A DNA stretch of 64,000 nucleotides from Tubulanus polymorphus (Eukaryota > Animalia > Nemertea), in contig NC_134030.1 in assembly GCF_964204645.1 (NCBI RefSeq), positions 16,492,110 through 16,556,109 on the forward strand, given 5' to 3'. A program made the position numbers and the translations under genes. A model generated the notes under the pieces. That model was not told the origin of the DNA. It did no database searches and worked only from the letters and a program-made list of their open reading frames with translations. The first letter of the stretch is position 1. Each line of letters starts with the position of its first letter. Below are positions 1 to 12,292 of the stretch, piece by piece.

Positions 1-39
1 ATACAAAAGCTAAATACAACACCATCTATGTTAAGCTCG

Positions 40-460
40 AAAACAAATCTAACAGATGTCGTTAAGCTTTATAAATCTGTCCACCCAGGCATCCATAATT
101 TCAGTTTCATCATATGGGAATTCAATCGCAAAATAAATAGCCTTCATTCAGTGTGTCGCCTTCAACTGACTGATGGACACTTTCACGGAACCATAATAAT
201 AAAGCCACGTCGACGTCACAGTATTTGAAAGCCGCGTTACGAGTTAAATGTTGAGTGTGCTTTAATGCACCTTCGTCTTTTTCCTGTATTTTATCTTTAT
301 TTGACAAAATATCATTCAAAGATTGTTTACTCAGCCCAAACTTTTCTGTGAAGAATGTAAGTTTTATATTTGGGTATTTCTCACAGAACTCTCACATTAC
401 TCCACTATTTCCAGCTTCTGTTTAAATGAACTCGAAATTTCCTTTTCTAAGCCTCGGACG
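40..460 (-). pseudogene. Tigger/pogo-family transposase N-terminus (CENP-B-type HTH domains), degenerate
   Basis: Minus-strand reading across stops and frameshifts gives KQKLEIVE..CEKYPNIKLTFFTEKFGLSKQSLNDILSNKDKI..DVDVALLLWFRE..AIYFAIEF..WVDRFIKLNDI, the typical CENP-B_N plus HTH_Tnp_Tc5 pattern. Confidence 0.75.
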
Positions 461-1832
461 CTCAGGTCAAGCTAGTAAGTAAGTGCGTGAGTTAAATGTA
501 AAAAGAGTGTAATTGTGACCTGACCCTGCAGCTGCTGAAAGATGATCGGCATACATGCAGACGGCAAACAACATCGCCAGTCAGTAAATGATGTTTATCT
601 TTATTAGTATCAGATCATGGCTGGGAAGCTCATTCGAAAGTCAAGAGTTGAGTACATGGGAGATTGAAAATTCCTCGAAATTCTGAGTTTGATAAAAGTC
701 AAAATTGAAAGAGTCTGCCGTTGTATTATGTACAGAAAACTATTGGAATTCAGAAATAAATTGGTGTTTTCCGAATTAGTCATGTCCGAGAGAGGCTAGG
801 TTTACTGTACAAGCGAACCTGGCGGATCCACGCCTGCCACAAGCGGAATCCTCGATTTCCACAGTAGCACCGCGATACCTCAATGACAATGATATATCAA
901 TATATGTCAGTTTACAATCGGCATGTAGTGGGAGTTCACATTGATTACCCATTGCAGTAATGAAGATCCATTTGTGCTTAAAAACCATGGAATCAAATGA
1001 TAATGCCCAAAAGTTTGTGCCATGCCCGCTCCTGCCTCTGTGAAAATAAAGAATGTTACATTACTCACAACTATAAGGGAGCAACTTAAAATATTGATAT
1101 TTGCTTCAATAAGAATAACTCGCAGAAGTGTTGAAGGCTCCACCAAATCGATCACAATTGATCATTGCTAGGATTCGAAAGCACTCTCATAATTGATGGT
1201 CTTTATAAGGACAATAAGAGTTTGTAGAGGATTTCACATGTAAGTTTTTTGATATCATTTCCAATTAAAAGTTGTGATCAAAATATTCTCATGAGAACTT
1301 TTCTTTGTCTGTGGTCTCTCATAAGAAAATCAACAGTTCAAACTTTGGCATGTCATGATCAGTGTGGGGTAGAGGTTAAAAGGAATTAGACAGTTACTCT
1401 AATAGACACAAATACCAAATTTTTTTGGAGATGCTCAGCAAGATACAAGGGTACTCACTTTTTTCCAAGGAAGCGTTTTGATTCCATAATCATACAATAT
1501 TTCTTCATGGGGTAAATATTCCTGGTTGCATAGATTGCTAGCTTCGGAATCCCACCTACTGCTTCAACTATCACTTTCGCATTTTTCACTACCTTGTCCA
1601 TGGTTGATAAGGTGTCCAACTTCTTTCAGCTGAGGTTCAGAATCATCTGGTTCTGCTGTAACATCAACAGGAAAAAAACCTAATTGTCATGATTTGAATT
1701 TGCAATCAAATAGCTTACACGTTCGTCGAAACATTTAAACATTCAGCCCGAGATTGTTTCTCATTCAACTCCTTTGATAAGGATTAAAACGGCGAAAAAT
1801 TATGAAATGATTGTAGTAAAGACGAATCAATT

Positions 1833-3945
1833 TCAGGGTTCGAATTTCAGGATTTTATCAGAACTATGGTTTCTTTTTAGATCCATTTTTAGTATTTTCC
1901 ATTCAGAAACTATTTCTGATATCTTGCAACTATTTGACTCAATAGCATCTCGGAAATGATTAACAAGAATTTTTATTTCACAATTACCATAGTCGGCTAA
2001 CTCTTTCTTGTTGTCCATTGGCCAGTTCACTGGATCAATTATACTCATGGATTTCAAAATGTTGTTGTTTTCAAAATCTTTGCATCTGCTATCCATGCAT
2101 TGGCTAATCTTACAAATTATGTTCTGTCTATCCCTTGTAATATCACTATCTAACTGTTCGTAACTTTCTATTTCAGACTGACGGAATAAACGCAAATACA
2201 AACTTTTAATTGCATCCATTGTTACATCGATATCTAAAGATACACGGGCAATAGATCTTTTCTCACACTGAATTGATAGTTGTGATAAAGCATCAAGATA
2301 GAAGTGACAATATAGACGAAACTTATCTGTGCTTAAATTCTTTAGGTAACCCTTGACTTTTGCAATATCAGCAGCCTTAATGTCACTGCGTTCACCAGAA
2401 GCAAGATCTTCCATGTGCATAACAATTGTGGAGAGATTTCTTATAGCCTCCAGTGCAGTTTTCTTATGGTCCACCCATCGTGTGCCAGTCGATCTAGGTG
2501 GCTTTAGTACTTTAGTACCAGATCTTTCGCCCAATGACTTCAGTTCTCTCCATCTCTTAGCGCTATTATCATAGAAGTAGTATGTGCGCATTAACAGCTC
2601 GTCAACAACCTGAATAGACATAAAAATAACCTTTTCATTATTCTGACTAAAGATTTATTCATCTTGATGTGCCACCAAAGTAAATCAAAGAAATAGATTA
2701 AGGAAATTTAAGCACTAAGTATTGATACTGTGTGAGTTTCACCTGTAAAATTTCATGGGTTAGTGAAATTGTGATGACTTACGGTGGAAAAATAGCTAGT
2801 CTTGAAAGAATCTTTTATAGCCAACTCTAACCTGTGTGTGACACAGTGTATTGGAACCAGCCATGGCTCGTCATCCATCAGTCGCGTCAAGATTACAGTC
2901 CAACAACCAAAATTTACACTAGCACCATCCGCAGCTGCTGTCACTACAGTTTTTAAGTCGAGCTTGTGTTCCTCGCATGTCTTTCGTATCGATTGATATA
3001 ATGTCCCTGAATCAGCATATTCAACATGTGATAACCAGAAAAATAAATTTGTTAATTGTTGAAAAATATCATTAGGTTTGTTATCTTTAAATATTCTATA
3101 ATTTCGAGGCTTACCTGAGCAATTTTTGCTGGATGACTCATTAACATACTGGATGCAAATAACCTCCTTTTCATTGTTTGCTTTGTCACAGGAGCCGTCG
3201 AATTGGAGCGAAAAATAGGTATTTTTTGCTTCTATGTCTTTTAGCATTGGACCTTTCATGTATGAACCAATTTCGCGTATGAAGTTCATGCACTGTTTAT
3301 CATTACAGTAAGTTTCTCCTAAATCGACACCGTGACGTTTTTCCAGTTCTATTCGTTTCTTTAATTGAGAAAACGGTAGTTCGCCAAATGCAACCGTGTA
3401 TGCAATATCGAAAAGCTTGCACATGCGGCGCTGTGTCAATTCGTCCATATGACTGACTTGACTATCGGCCTTTCAGCAAAATCTACAGCCAGATTTTTTT
3501 CATTTTGCATTTGTCTCAAAGCAGCCAAATGACCTGCACTCTTTCCATGATCAACAGCATTAACCTTTTTGACTGATTTTGTTCCAGTGATATATGCCAT
3601 GGAATCATTAATTTGTGTTTGCCCGAAATGGTGGGTTTTATAGCTCTGAACAGTAGCTGAATACTGACGACAGATTTTGCACCGAATTTCCTCTACAAGT
3701 CCTCCTTCTATTTCGTTAAACGCGATATAATCTAGGCCCCATTTCTTGACAGTTTGCGAACGAACTAGTCATTTTTTTTCACTGAATCAATGGTACTCGT
3801 GGTCGGATCTGGTAGAGATTTCGGTGCTGTTGGTATTGTCAATGTGCTGATGGCAATTTCCTCTGAAGGTTTCGGTTTTTTGAATCCCCATAGAGTATTT
3901 TTTTTTACTTTGATCAATCGGCCGTTTTAAAATTTCAGGGGGCAT
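1833..3945 (-). pseudogene. hAT transposase (ZNF862/DUF4371-like) with one GT-AG intron (2610-2782); frameshifted N-terminus
   Basis: ORFs 2753-3448 and 1833-2621 contain FSLQFDGSCD (first catalytic D), AADGASVNFG (second D), IHCVTHRLELA (CxxH) and STGTRWV. Donor GTAAGT at 2782 and acceptor TTCAG at 2610 join YFST|VVDEL in phase 0. A CKIC...H..S.GH zinc-finger remnant lies upstream. Confidence 0.85.
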
Positions 3946-4038
3946 GATCTCTTGAATATTTTACAGTAGACAAAAGCAGACGAAATTAATAGCAGCCGAC
4001 TATTTTGTTAGATGGCAGCACTGTATGGTTATTTAATA

Positions 4039-4437
4039 CGAAGCAGCTACTCGTACGGACCCGTACGAATAATTCCGTAGGCTATTCGTACGCACCCGTC
4101 GGATTACTCTGGAATTATGTGTACGGGAAGGGATAGGGTTAGGGTGAGGTGAGGCTATATGTAGTTAAAACATTTGACCGACTGTCAGCGAGCTCGGTGG
4201 TCTAGTGGTATGATGCTGCGCTAGTAATTTACTGGCCCGGGTTCGAGTCACGCTCTATCCGCTATTTTTCTCTAACTCTATTCTCCACACTTCCCTTGAA
4301 TTTTCTAAGTCGTGTACCTCTGTACGCATGCGCGGCGTTAATCGGCCAATCAGCGACAGTTATTACCGTACAGATCCTAGTCCCGTACGAACAGCCTCCA
4401 GAGTAATCCGTACGGGTCTGTACGAGTAGCCACAGCG
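4039..4437. mobile_element. MITE with TA flanks inserted in the hAT subterminal repeats
   Basis: Inverted repeats GCTACTCGTACGGACCCGTACG (4046) and CGTACGGGTCTGTACGAGTAGC (ends 4430); TA on both sides; interrupts the host GGCAGCACTGTATGGTTATTTAATA repeats. Confidence 0.7.
4187..4263 (+). pseudogene. tRNA-derived sequence (SINE head or tRNA-Thr(AGT)-like pseudogene)
   Basis: A box TGGTCTAGTGG (4198), anticodon-loop-like CTAGTAA, B box GGTTCGAGTCA (4240); anticodon and T stems do not pair. Confidence 0.6.
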
Positions 4438-4866
4438 TATTCAATATTAGAGTTGGCAGCACTGTATGGTTATTTAATATTAGAGGTGGCAGCACCATAT
4501 GGCCATTTATTATTTGAGGTGGCAGCACAGGAGAGTATGGCAGTACAAATTTAACAGACAACTAACTTACGATAGCTGACATGGAAACGTGATTTGTTGC
4601 AGTTTTTTTTGGATAAACACGTCTGACGTCTGCCGTCAGTAATTGAAATTGTCAACGGCACTTCTTAGAAATTTATTAGACGGCATTTTGTAGCCGTCAG
4701 TACAAAAATACATCAACGGCTGTTTACTAAACATCGTCGGCAAAAGCCATCGTGAAATTTGAACCCTGATTTTTTGTCCAATAATATCGCAAAAGGACTA
4801 CTGACACTGAGGCCAATCCGTTCAAGAATGAGTACACACTTTATGAGAGATACAAAATATATTCAC

Positions 4867-5040
4867 CGAAAACTCTTTTTATATGTAAAGTAGAAGCGAT
4901 AAATACTTTCAGATGTTTGGCTCTCCTCTTTGCTTCTTCACCAGATACAAGATCTCCGACATACCCACAAATCACAAAAGGAGGAAGGAGTTTATGGGTT
5001 AAGGGTTGACCTGCTCCTTAGAGCACACTTATATGATCAT
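4867..5040 (-). pseudogene. SET-domain (SETD8/PR-Set7-like) fragment
   Basis: Minus strand reads PFVICGYVGDLVSGEEAKRRAK, then after a frameshift SIYRFYFTYKKSF followed by a GT donor; resembles the SETD8-type FVxEYxGDLI..EAKxRE...YxYYF.Y motif. Confidence 0.5.
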
Positions 5041-6080
5041 AATTTTCAAAATATAAATCCTTTCTGCTGTTATTGTAATAGATGGTATTATGGCGTCGAC
5101 TGTAAGCATTTCCTCATACAGTGCAAGCATAACACTCATAAAAACCAATATTGCAAACTTCTTCTGAAACTTGACAAAATCTCTTTGTTACCAAGTTGGA
5201 ATCAGTACTTATCGTATTATAAGGGTTTTTGCCGCTCCCGCAGAAACCCTGTTGTAATTATGCTGATTATTGTTAATATTATTAAAATCACGCGCTGGTA
5301 ACAGCGAACTAGGATGTAGAATCTATGCAGAAATCAATGCAGGAATCATCGTCCGTTGATAAAAGAACATCCTGATATGCCTACAAATAACTGTACGACC
5401 TTGAGCGTCAAATCAAGTGTGAAACACGGATTCAGACTAACAACAGTGCGCTTGCGACAATTCTCGGAATCTGATTCACATATCAGTGATTCAAAAATTT
5501 GCCATTTTGATGTCGCAAATTACGTTATCGGATTGATATTAGTCTCGATACCTCATTTCCCGCGAACTGTTTAATCCATCTGTGATTCAAAAAGCCACGT
5601 TTGGTACCACTACTATGACTTCTGTTTGGGGGATGAAATCAACATTACCTAAATCAAAGACGTTGATGCAGTTTATGTCACATCATGTTCGAATCCTGAC
5701 TATGCAAAAATTTTGTTACTGTAATTATGAAGGTAGATCAACCTATTATTAACGAAATCACGGATCAAAACACGCACGGAGAGCATGTGTGACATACAAG
5801 TTCATACAACTGCCTCAGGGGGATTTTGAAAGCACCATATATGCGGTTAAGTCGTTTTGACTAGACTTGATACAACAGTACTTTTTACGAGGGGACCTTT
5901 ATGGACCCACATATCCAGCATATTGTTGACCCAGGTTGGGCTTCTTGGAAATAGTCATGTTATGGACTTTTTAGAATTATTTCGATGAAATCTTTGTACG
6001 CTTCCTAGTGCAACATATGAAGCAGTTGGGCAGAAACCTGTTATCGCTGCAGCTATATTTTTATGATTTTCTTTTTTTAG

Positions 6081-6417
6081 GAATTGTTAAAAGGGGGAGC
6101 AGATGTAGATAAAAGTCATATGAGTATTGGAATGTCAATGATGAGTTCGCCCCTACACATCAGTGCCATATATGGATATTTCAATTGTTTCTTCGCTCTG
6201 ATCGTTGCCGGTGCTGACCCGAATAATTGTACAAATAACCACCGCGGGACAATCTATCATTCGTTGGTTAAGTATGACTCGGCAAATGTAAAATTTGTAG
6301 AACTGCTGTATGAAAGTGGTGCAGATGTCTACGTTACCAATGACCAAGGCAAATTCCCCCATGATATCGTTGAATGTGATCTTAATCCAACTGCTGCATT
6401 CATCCAACTCATATTCA
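6081..6417 (+). CDS. Internal coding exon of an ankyrin repeat and SOCS box-containing (ASB-like) protein: ankyrin repeats
   Basis: Polypyrimidine tract plus TAG acceptor ending 6080; uninterrupted ELLKGGADVD..SPLHISAIYGYFNCFFALIVAGADPN..VELLYESGADVYVTNDQGKFP; donor GTAAGT at 6418 (phase 1). Confidence 0.85.
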
Positions 6418-7664
6418 GTAAGTTTGCTAAAGCTTATTATATCATTTTGAATACATGTATTTTTCTAAGGTGTCCTTGTTGGACACAACCATATAATGAG
6501 CAAATTCTGGGCGAGTAGTTAGCTTTCATTAAGTGCCACCCATGTTGTGGGTTATTCATTATGTTAGTTATGGTTGTCTACTTAGAATACTGGTACTCTG
6601 AATTAATTGTAAGTGAAATATAGGGATGAAGCCATGGATTTTTGATTGGTCGGACAAGTACCAAATTTTTTTGGGCGCACATAGTGGTGGCGAGCAGCAC
6701 AGCTTCTGGAGCTCAAAAATGGAACTTCATTTCTCCAAACTTACTCTTGCTTGGTAGTTAACATAATGCAGAATTTAAAAAGTCAAATTTAAGTATTGTT
6801 TTTCATCACTAAAACACTCATGAAAATTGATTCTTTCAACTCTTTCAGTGCTTATGTGATGTGAGAAAAACCCTCAGAGTGCCTATCATTTTTACTAAAG
6901 TGTAGGAAAATCAGTGGTCAGGCCAGTGTCGCTTATGTCTGGGTGGCAAAGTGCTCAGAAGATCATGAAGAGTTCTATTATACCATTTGCACTGTCCATT
7001 GCTCTATGTTCGATCGATGTACATATCACTGTACATGTTCAATCAATGCTGATTCAAAGGCCGATCCTTGGTCCGAATGAATTTGAAGAGGTACACCATA
7101 CTTAACAAACCATTCACTGAAAATGCCTTGGCTGTGGTGTCGGCTGACTGATCCAAGGTAGTAACGGCTTGAGCTTACTTCGTGGAGACATCAGTCATCA
7201 CAAGTACATCTATTTTCCAGCTGCAGGATTGATCGAGCACCATGAATTCAATGGCCAACACTTCCAGTGGATTCTTTGCCAAGAGATGTCCCATAGGCGG
7301 TCTTATTTTAGGTAATGGTCCCTTTGCAAGGATGCTGTATTCACAATTTTTACATTGTGGTTCAACTCCAACACTTAGTCCTGGCCAATAACAACGTGCC
7401 TGAGCAAGCTTCAATGTTCTCTCAAATGCCTGATGCCGGTGTTTGTTATGAAGTGCGTCGAGAATGTGAGATCTCATAGCTTTGGTATCAGCAGTTGTTT
7501 TATTTCACCGTATTCCAGATGCCTGATGTGCCTATACGAAACACCATCCTTGATGGGTCTGATCTTATCCCATTAATTCATATACCCATAACTTCTCTTC
7601 CTTCTCGTCTCCTCTCAGGCGAATTTAGAACTAACCCTGATATTTGTATACTTGGTCTCTCTTA

Positions 7665-8895
7665 CAGGGTTCGTCGCGGTGCTTGAAAAGCTTGAAATGA
7701 CTTAAATTTGCGAAATACTACTCAAGCGCTTGAAAACAGCTTGAAAATAGATCGAAAGCTTGATATGATTATTTTTGACTTGGAATAAAAAGATATGGCT
7801 TGAAATGCTTGATTATCACAAATTTTCTTATTCGCAAATTTTTTTCGATGAAATCGCGGACAGAATATGTTCTTGAGTCGTTTCTACGCGTGCATCATGT
7901 TTTAGGCATCCATAAAGAAATTAATTGAATTGTATTGAATCGCGAGACTCGCTTGCACTGCGATTTGTGGTGAAACTCTCCGGTGTCTGGAGACATGAAC
8001 ATATGGGGAAATTTCAGTCATGCATGTTATCGAGCATCGATGTAAAATGGCATTGGAATCCCACACCAGGTGTGAGAGCCATGTTGAAGGCACCGCGACC
8101 TAGTCAAAGTCATTGAACATTACAAATTTCGTATAAGGCCATCCAAAAATAAACGTCTGTTTGCCGTCACCCGACCGACCCGACTTCAAAGGTACCGAGT
8201 GGAAACTTTTTTCTTGGATTCATTGAAATAAATTTTATTTTTGATACAAATGGCCGACCCACTGCCGATGTATGAGCTACGTTTGTTTGAAGTTAAGTGT
8301 GCATCGTGTGAAAACATGCCTCGACTATAGTTGAAGTTTTCCAGGAAACTGGCAGTGTTCCAATAAGCTGCCATTCATTCTTTGTGACTGTATTAAAGCT
8401 GGTAATGTTATAGCGTGCTTATATTCAATCTACTGTTTCATTTTGAACGCAGATTTGGGATATTGTTTCCACTAAAAGAGGTGATGAAAAATTTGTTGTT
8501 TTTTTTTTGCTCCAAAATTTTGCAAAAAAATTGATTCTACCTACCTAATGACTGGTCCAAAAAATTTTAGTAGGTGTAACGGCAAAACAGACAATTAATT
8601 TGGGATTGCCTAATATCCAAATCTTGATTGATATGGATATTTAAGCTAGGAAATGCTGAAAATCATTGTGATAAACGGGTTTCATCTCTAAAAGGATCGT
8701 ATCAACTCAGAGGTTCCACTGGAATCAAAATTTTACCTCTTTTTTAACATTTTTATGCGAACCTGTTAAAAATAGGCAAATTGGCTGCAACTATCGAAAA
8801 TTGCTTCCAACGTGCCTTAAAAAATAGCTTGAAAATAGTATAAATCTAGCTTGAAATAGCTTGAATTTCACCTGAGCTTGAGACAATGAACCCTG
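7665..8895. mobile_element. Non-autonomous hAT-type MITE (CAGGGTTC TIR, 5-bp TSD TCTTA; hAT5-like)
   Basis: CAGGGTTCG at 7665 and GAACCCTG ending 8895; TCTTA on both flanks; subterminal GCTTGAAA repeats at both ends. Confidence 0.8.
8137..8610. mobile_element. PIF/Harbinger-like MITE (TAA TSD) nested in the hAT MITE
   Basis: TAA|GGCCATCCAAAAATAAACGTCTGTTTGCCGTCAC ... GTAACGGCAAAACAGACAATTAATTTGGGATTGCC|TAA. Confidence 0.75.
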
Positions 8896-9276
8896 TCTTA
8901 ATATATGGATCAGCTTTCTGTGCCTCCCTGACTTCTGCAGAAAAAAACGATGGAAACACATCTTGGACCTTTAAATAATCGATAACCAGATGAGTGACTT
9001 CCTGCAAACAGGTCTTTGCAACCAAAGCATGTATGATAGGTGGCAGAATTGGCGTTATTGGTTCGTCATTGACTGGTTATCGACTGAGTGCATCGGCAGG
9101 GACATTCTGTTTCCCTGGTTTGTACTTGATCTCTAAGTTTTACAATGCAATCCACCTCTGTACCATTGCTCCGAGTTAAGACTTTAGACTGCAAATAGCT
9201 CAAAGGGTTATTATCCGTGTACGCAATGAACTGAGCTTCGAAGAGATAATCCTTGAATTTCTCTGTGATCGCCCAT

Positions 9277-12200
9277 ATTTCCATCAAGTACTGTACCCTT
9301 TCTGGAAAATCTGGAAAATATTTTAGTTCAACTGATCTGCCTATAGGCTCATTTCGCTCGGCGTATTATGCAACTCCAGGTGCTGTGGATCATGGTCATA
9401 GCTGCCTGGATGCTGATTATACTTTGATCAGCCCGGATACTGGTTCAGCACAGTCGGGTATTCGTTTGCCTAAGTCCGGTTTGGTGGTCATGACGTCAAT
9501 CCTGGACAATCTGACCAGGGTTGATTCGTTTCAGGATTTGGCTCTTAAGGTGTTGACGGGCGAGCTTCACGCAACTCAGCCGTCAATGGGGGCTCCGACC
9601 TTGAGTCAGTTGCCCTAAAACTAGAGGGAATGGACCGGATTATCCAATCTTTGGCTCATTCTGTTTCACATGTCATTCCGTTTTCGGTTCGAGGTCAGGC
9701 TAATCTTGTGTTAGCCTCCCGTCAGTCAGTTATGGACTCCAGTTCCAAAGCTTGTCTACCAGATATGATGTCTAATTCATTACTGAGAGCTCAATTGGGG
9801 ACATCTTCGTGTCTCTTCTCCAATTGGCGCGCTCCTGTTTTTGCCGAGCTAAGGAAGATTCGGGAGCTCCAGACCAAGTCCACCGCGTCAAGCCTCGTCT
9901 AGTCATAACAATTCCGGTTCATATGGGGGCAAGGGGAATGCTCCAAAAAGGGGCTCTTCCTTTTGGAAAAACTCGATGTGAATTCTTGGGACCAGTGGCA
10001 GGCAGCCACCCACTGGTCCGACCTTTTTAGAGATGGTTGGCCCTCCCGGGTCGTCTCACGTGGCTTCTGTTTGCATTCCTAAGGTGACTGCGCCTGACGA
10101 GGTCACCTCCCGACATGCGACCAAAACTGGGTCAGGAGGCCTTAATCTCTCCGGCTCTCAAGGAATTGGCCAAGAAAGGAGTGATAGAACCAAATAAACT
10201 TCTCCCGGCTGGTCTTCTCGAATATTCATTGTACCAAAGGTCACAGCGGGGTCAATGGACGGAGATAGATCTGTCATCCCTCAATCGGCACCTAGACATT
10301 CCAACGTTCCGGATGACCAAACCCAGGGACGGGATTCAAGGGCTCCGTCCGGGTCAATGGGCTGCTTCATTGGACCTGAAAGATGGTTATTTTCAGGTTC
10401 CATTTCACCCAAAATCTCGGCAATTTCTCAGGTTAAATTGGAAAGACCGCCAGTTCCAGTTCAGGTCTCTTCCATTTGGCCTCAGTACGGCCCCGTGAGT
10501 TTTCACCAAGTTGGCCAAGTCTGTTCAGAAGGTACTTCAGTCCTCGGGTGCTCGACTGTTCATTTACCTCAACGACTGGTTGATAGTCGCAAACTCGGCT
10601 CAAGAATGTAGGGAGGCAATGACCTCAGTCTTGGACTTAGTCCATCAGCTAGGGTTCCGCGTAAACAGGGAAAGATCTCAGTTGACGCCGGCCCAACAGT
10701 TCACTTATCTCGGCATGGACTTCTATCTTTGAATCGGCAAAGTCTTTCCGTCCATGGCTCGAGTAGCCAAACTTCAAGAAGCTGTAGCGGGAGTTCCCAC
10801 AACCCCGAGACCGCGCTTGCAACGATATTAGAAGGTCTTCTGGTCTCCATAGAAGGGCAACTGGGAGACCTTGATTTGTGTACCTCCAACCGATCTAAGC
10901 CCAGATCTTCATTGGTGGGCAACAACTACGAATCTTCGTCGCAGGGTGTCTCTGGCCCCGTTAGAAGCTCCAGTTCGTGTATTCACGGATGCCAGTCATC
11001 AAGGGTGGGGCGCATCTGGAGAACTGAGTCAAAGCCGGGAAGTGGTCTCGCTATAAGGCCATCAACCACATAAATTTCCTGGAACTGCTGGCCGTGTGTA
11101 AGGCCCTGAAGTTCATTCACAGGAGAGTAGAGGGCCACCACATTAGCCACGGACAGTTCAACAGTGAGGGTTTACCTTCAGAATCAAGGGGGCACTCACT
11201 CAGAAACCCTCACGGATCCGTGAGCCAAAATTCTTCTTAGGTGCCAGGCAAAGGGCGTTTCCCTGACTGTGGCACATTTAGTAGGGAAAAGGAACGTGAT
11301 GGTGGATGCTCTTTCTCGTCTAGGTCAGGCTGGCGACAGAATGAGTTCTCCACCAAGAGGTAGCCAATTGGGGCCCACGTAGCGGTCATTTATTCCGCTG
11401 CTGGATCACCTGAAGGGTGTTATTTCTCGGGATTCAGTGGCCCGATGGGTCTCTTCACTGATCAGAGACATTTTATTGAAAGAGAATCTTTCCTCGAAGG
11501 TAGTTGTTTCTCATCAAGTGAGTTCTATGGCTACATCTTGTGCAGACTTTTCGGGTGCTCCTTTGGAAGAAGTCTGTCGGGGCTGCCTTTTGAAAATCTC
11601 CATCAAAATGAACGTCCTTTTATTTACAGGATGTTTCAGGCCAGTTAGGCTCATTAGCATCGCTCGGTTCTGTCATTATGGCCCAAGGTGTCCGTTCTTT
11701 TCGATCGGACTCTTCAGTGTAGAATTTTTATTTTTGCATTATCAGGATCACGAGGGTTGTATCCGTGGACATAGTTTGAGCTCATATTCGCAAGTATTAA
11801 TTTTGCAAAATTCGGGGGCCCCTGAGCTGGACGGACTCGCTGTGGCCAATCGGTTTTCCCTATGCTACAGTGCTCCATTCCTTGCTTGGGTAAGTGCTCT
11901 CCTTTTTTCCTCTTACCTTGCGATTGAGCAGTGGTTTTTCTATCTACCTTTCCCACCATCCTCGTGCTAGTCTAGTCTAGCAAAAACCATAGAAAGGGTA
12001 CAGTACTAGACGGAAATATTACAATTTTTGGAACTAAAATTTGTATTTACGAGTAGCACTCAACCTTTCTTATGGTGGGAATCCCGCCCAGCTGCCCCGC
12101 ATAGCTTCTTTTTTGGGTCTGCTATGGCATAAAAAGATGGCGGATTTGGCCGAGGGCTAAATGCAATACCGCAGGGCCAGGACATATAGAAAAACCATTG

Positions 12201-12292
12201 GCGATCAATCCAAATTTAGAAAATATTGGCAAAAACCATAGGAAAGGGTAAGTGTTACTCGACAATACAAATTTTAGTTCCAAAAATTGTAA
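9277..12292 (+). mobile_element. DIRS1-like tyrosine-recombinase retrotransposon (degenerate RT/RNase H/YR) with internal complementary region
   Basis: RT motifs IDLSSLN..FRMT..WAASLDLKDGYFQVP..FRSLPFGLSTAP, YLNDWL, FTYLGM; RNase H VFTDAS.GWGA, HINFLELLAV; YR remnant ARWVS..HQVSSMATS. The ICR at ~11990-12075 is complementary to both the left end (9277-9303) and the right end (12236-12293). Confidence 0.9.

Larger units (their letters stand above)
1834..4768 (-). mobile_element. hAT-superfamily DNA transposon (ZNF862-like transposase), C-terminally truncated
   Basis: Inverted termini CAGGGTTCGAATTTCA (1834) and TGAAATTTGAACCCTG (ends 4768); flanks AATTT/ATTTT are a possible mutated 5-bp TSD; encloses a hAT transposase. 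Confidence 0.8.

Noticed and set aside
1833-3945. Domesticated host gene ZNF862
   Set aside because: Frameshifted, truncated and enclosed by TIRs.
4130-4155. Interstitial telomere
   Set aside because: Only one perfect TTAGGG among variant units, all inside a MITE.
4187-4263. Functional tRNA-Thr gene
   Set aside because: Anticodon and T stems cannot pair, and it lies inside a MITE.
6418-6518. C-terminal part of the 144-aa ORF 6084-6518
   Set aside because: It is read-through into the intron after the GTAAGT donor; the real C-terminus is the SOCS exon.
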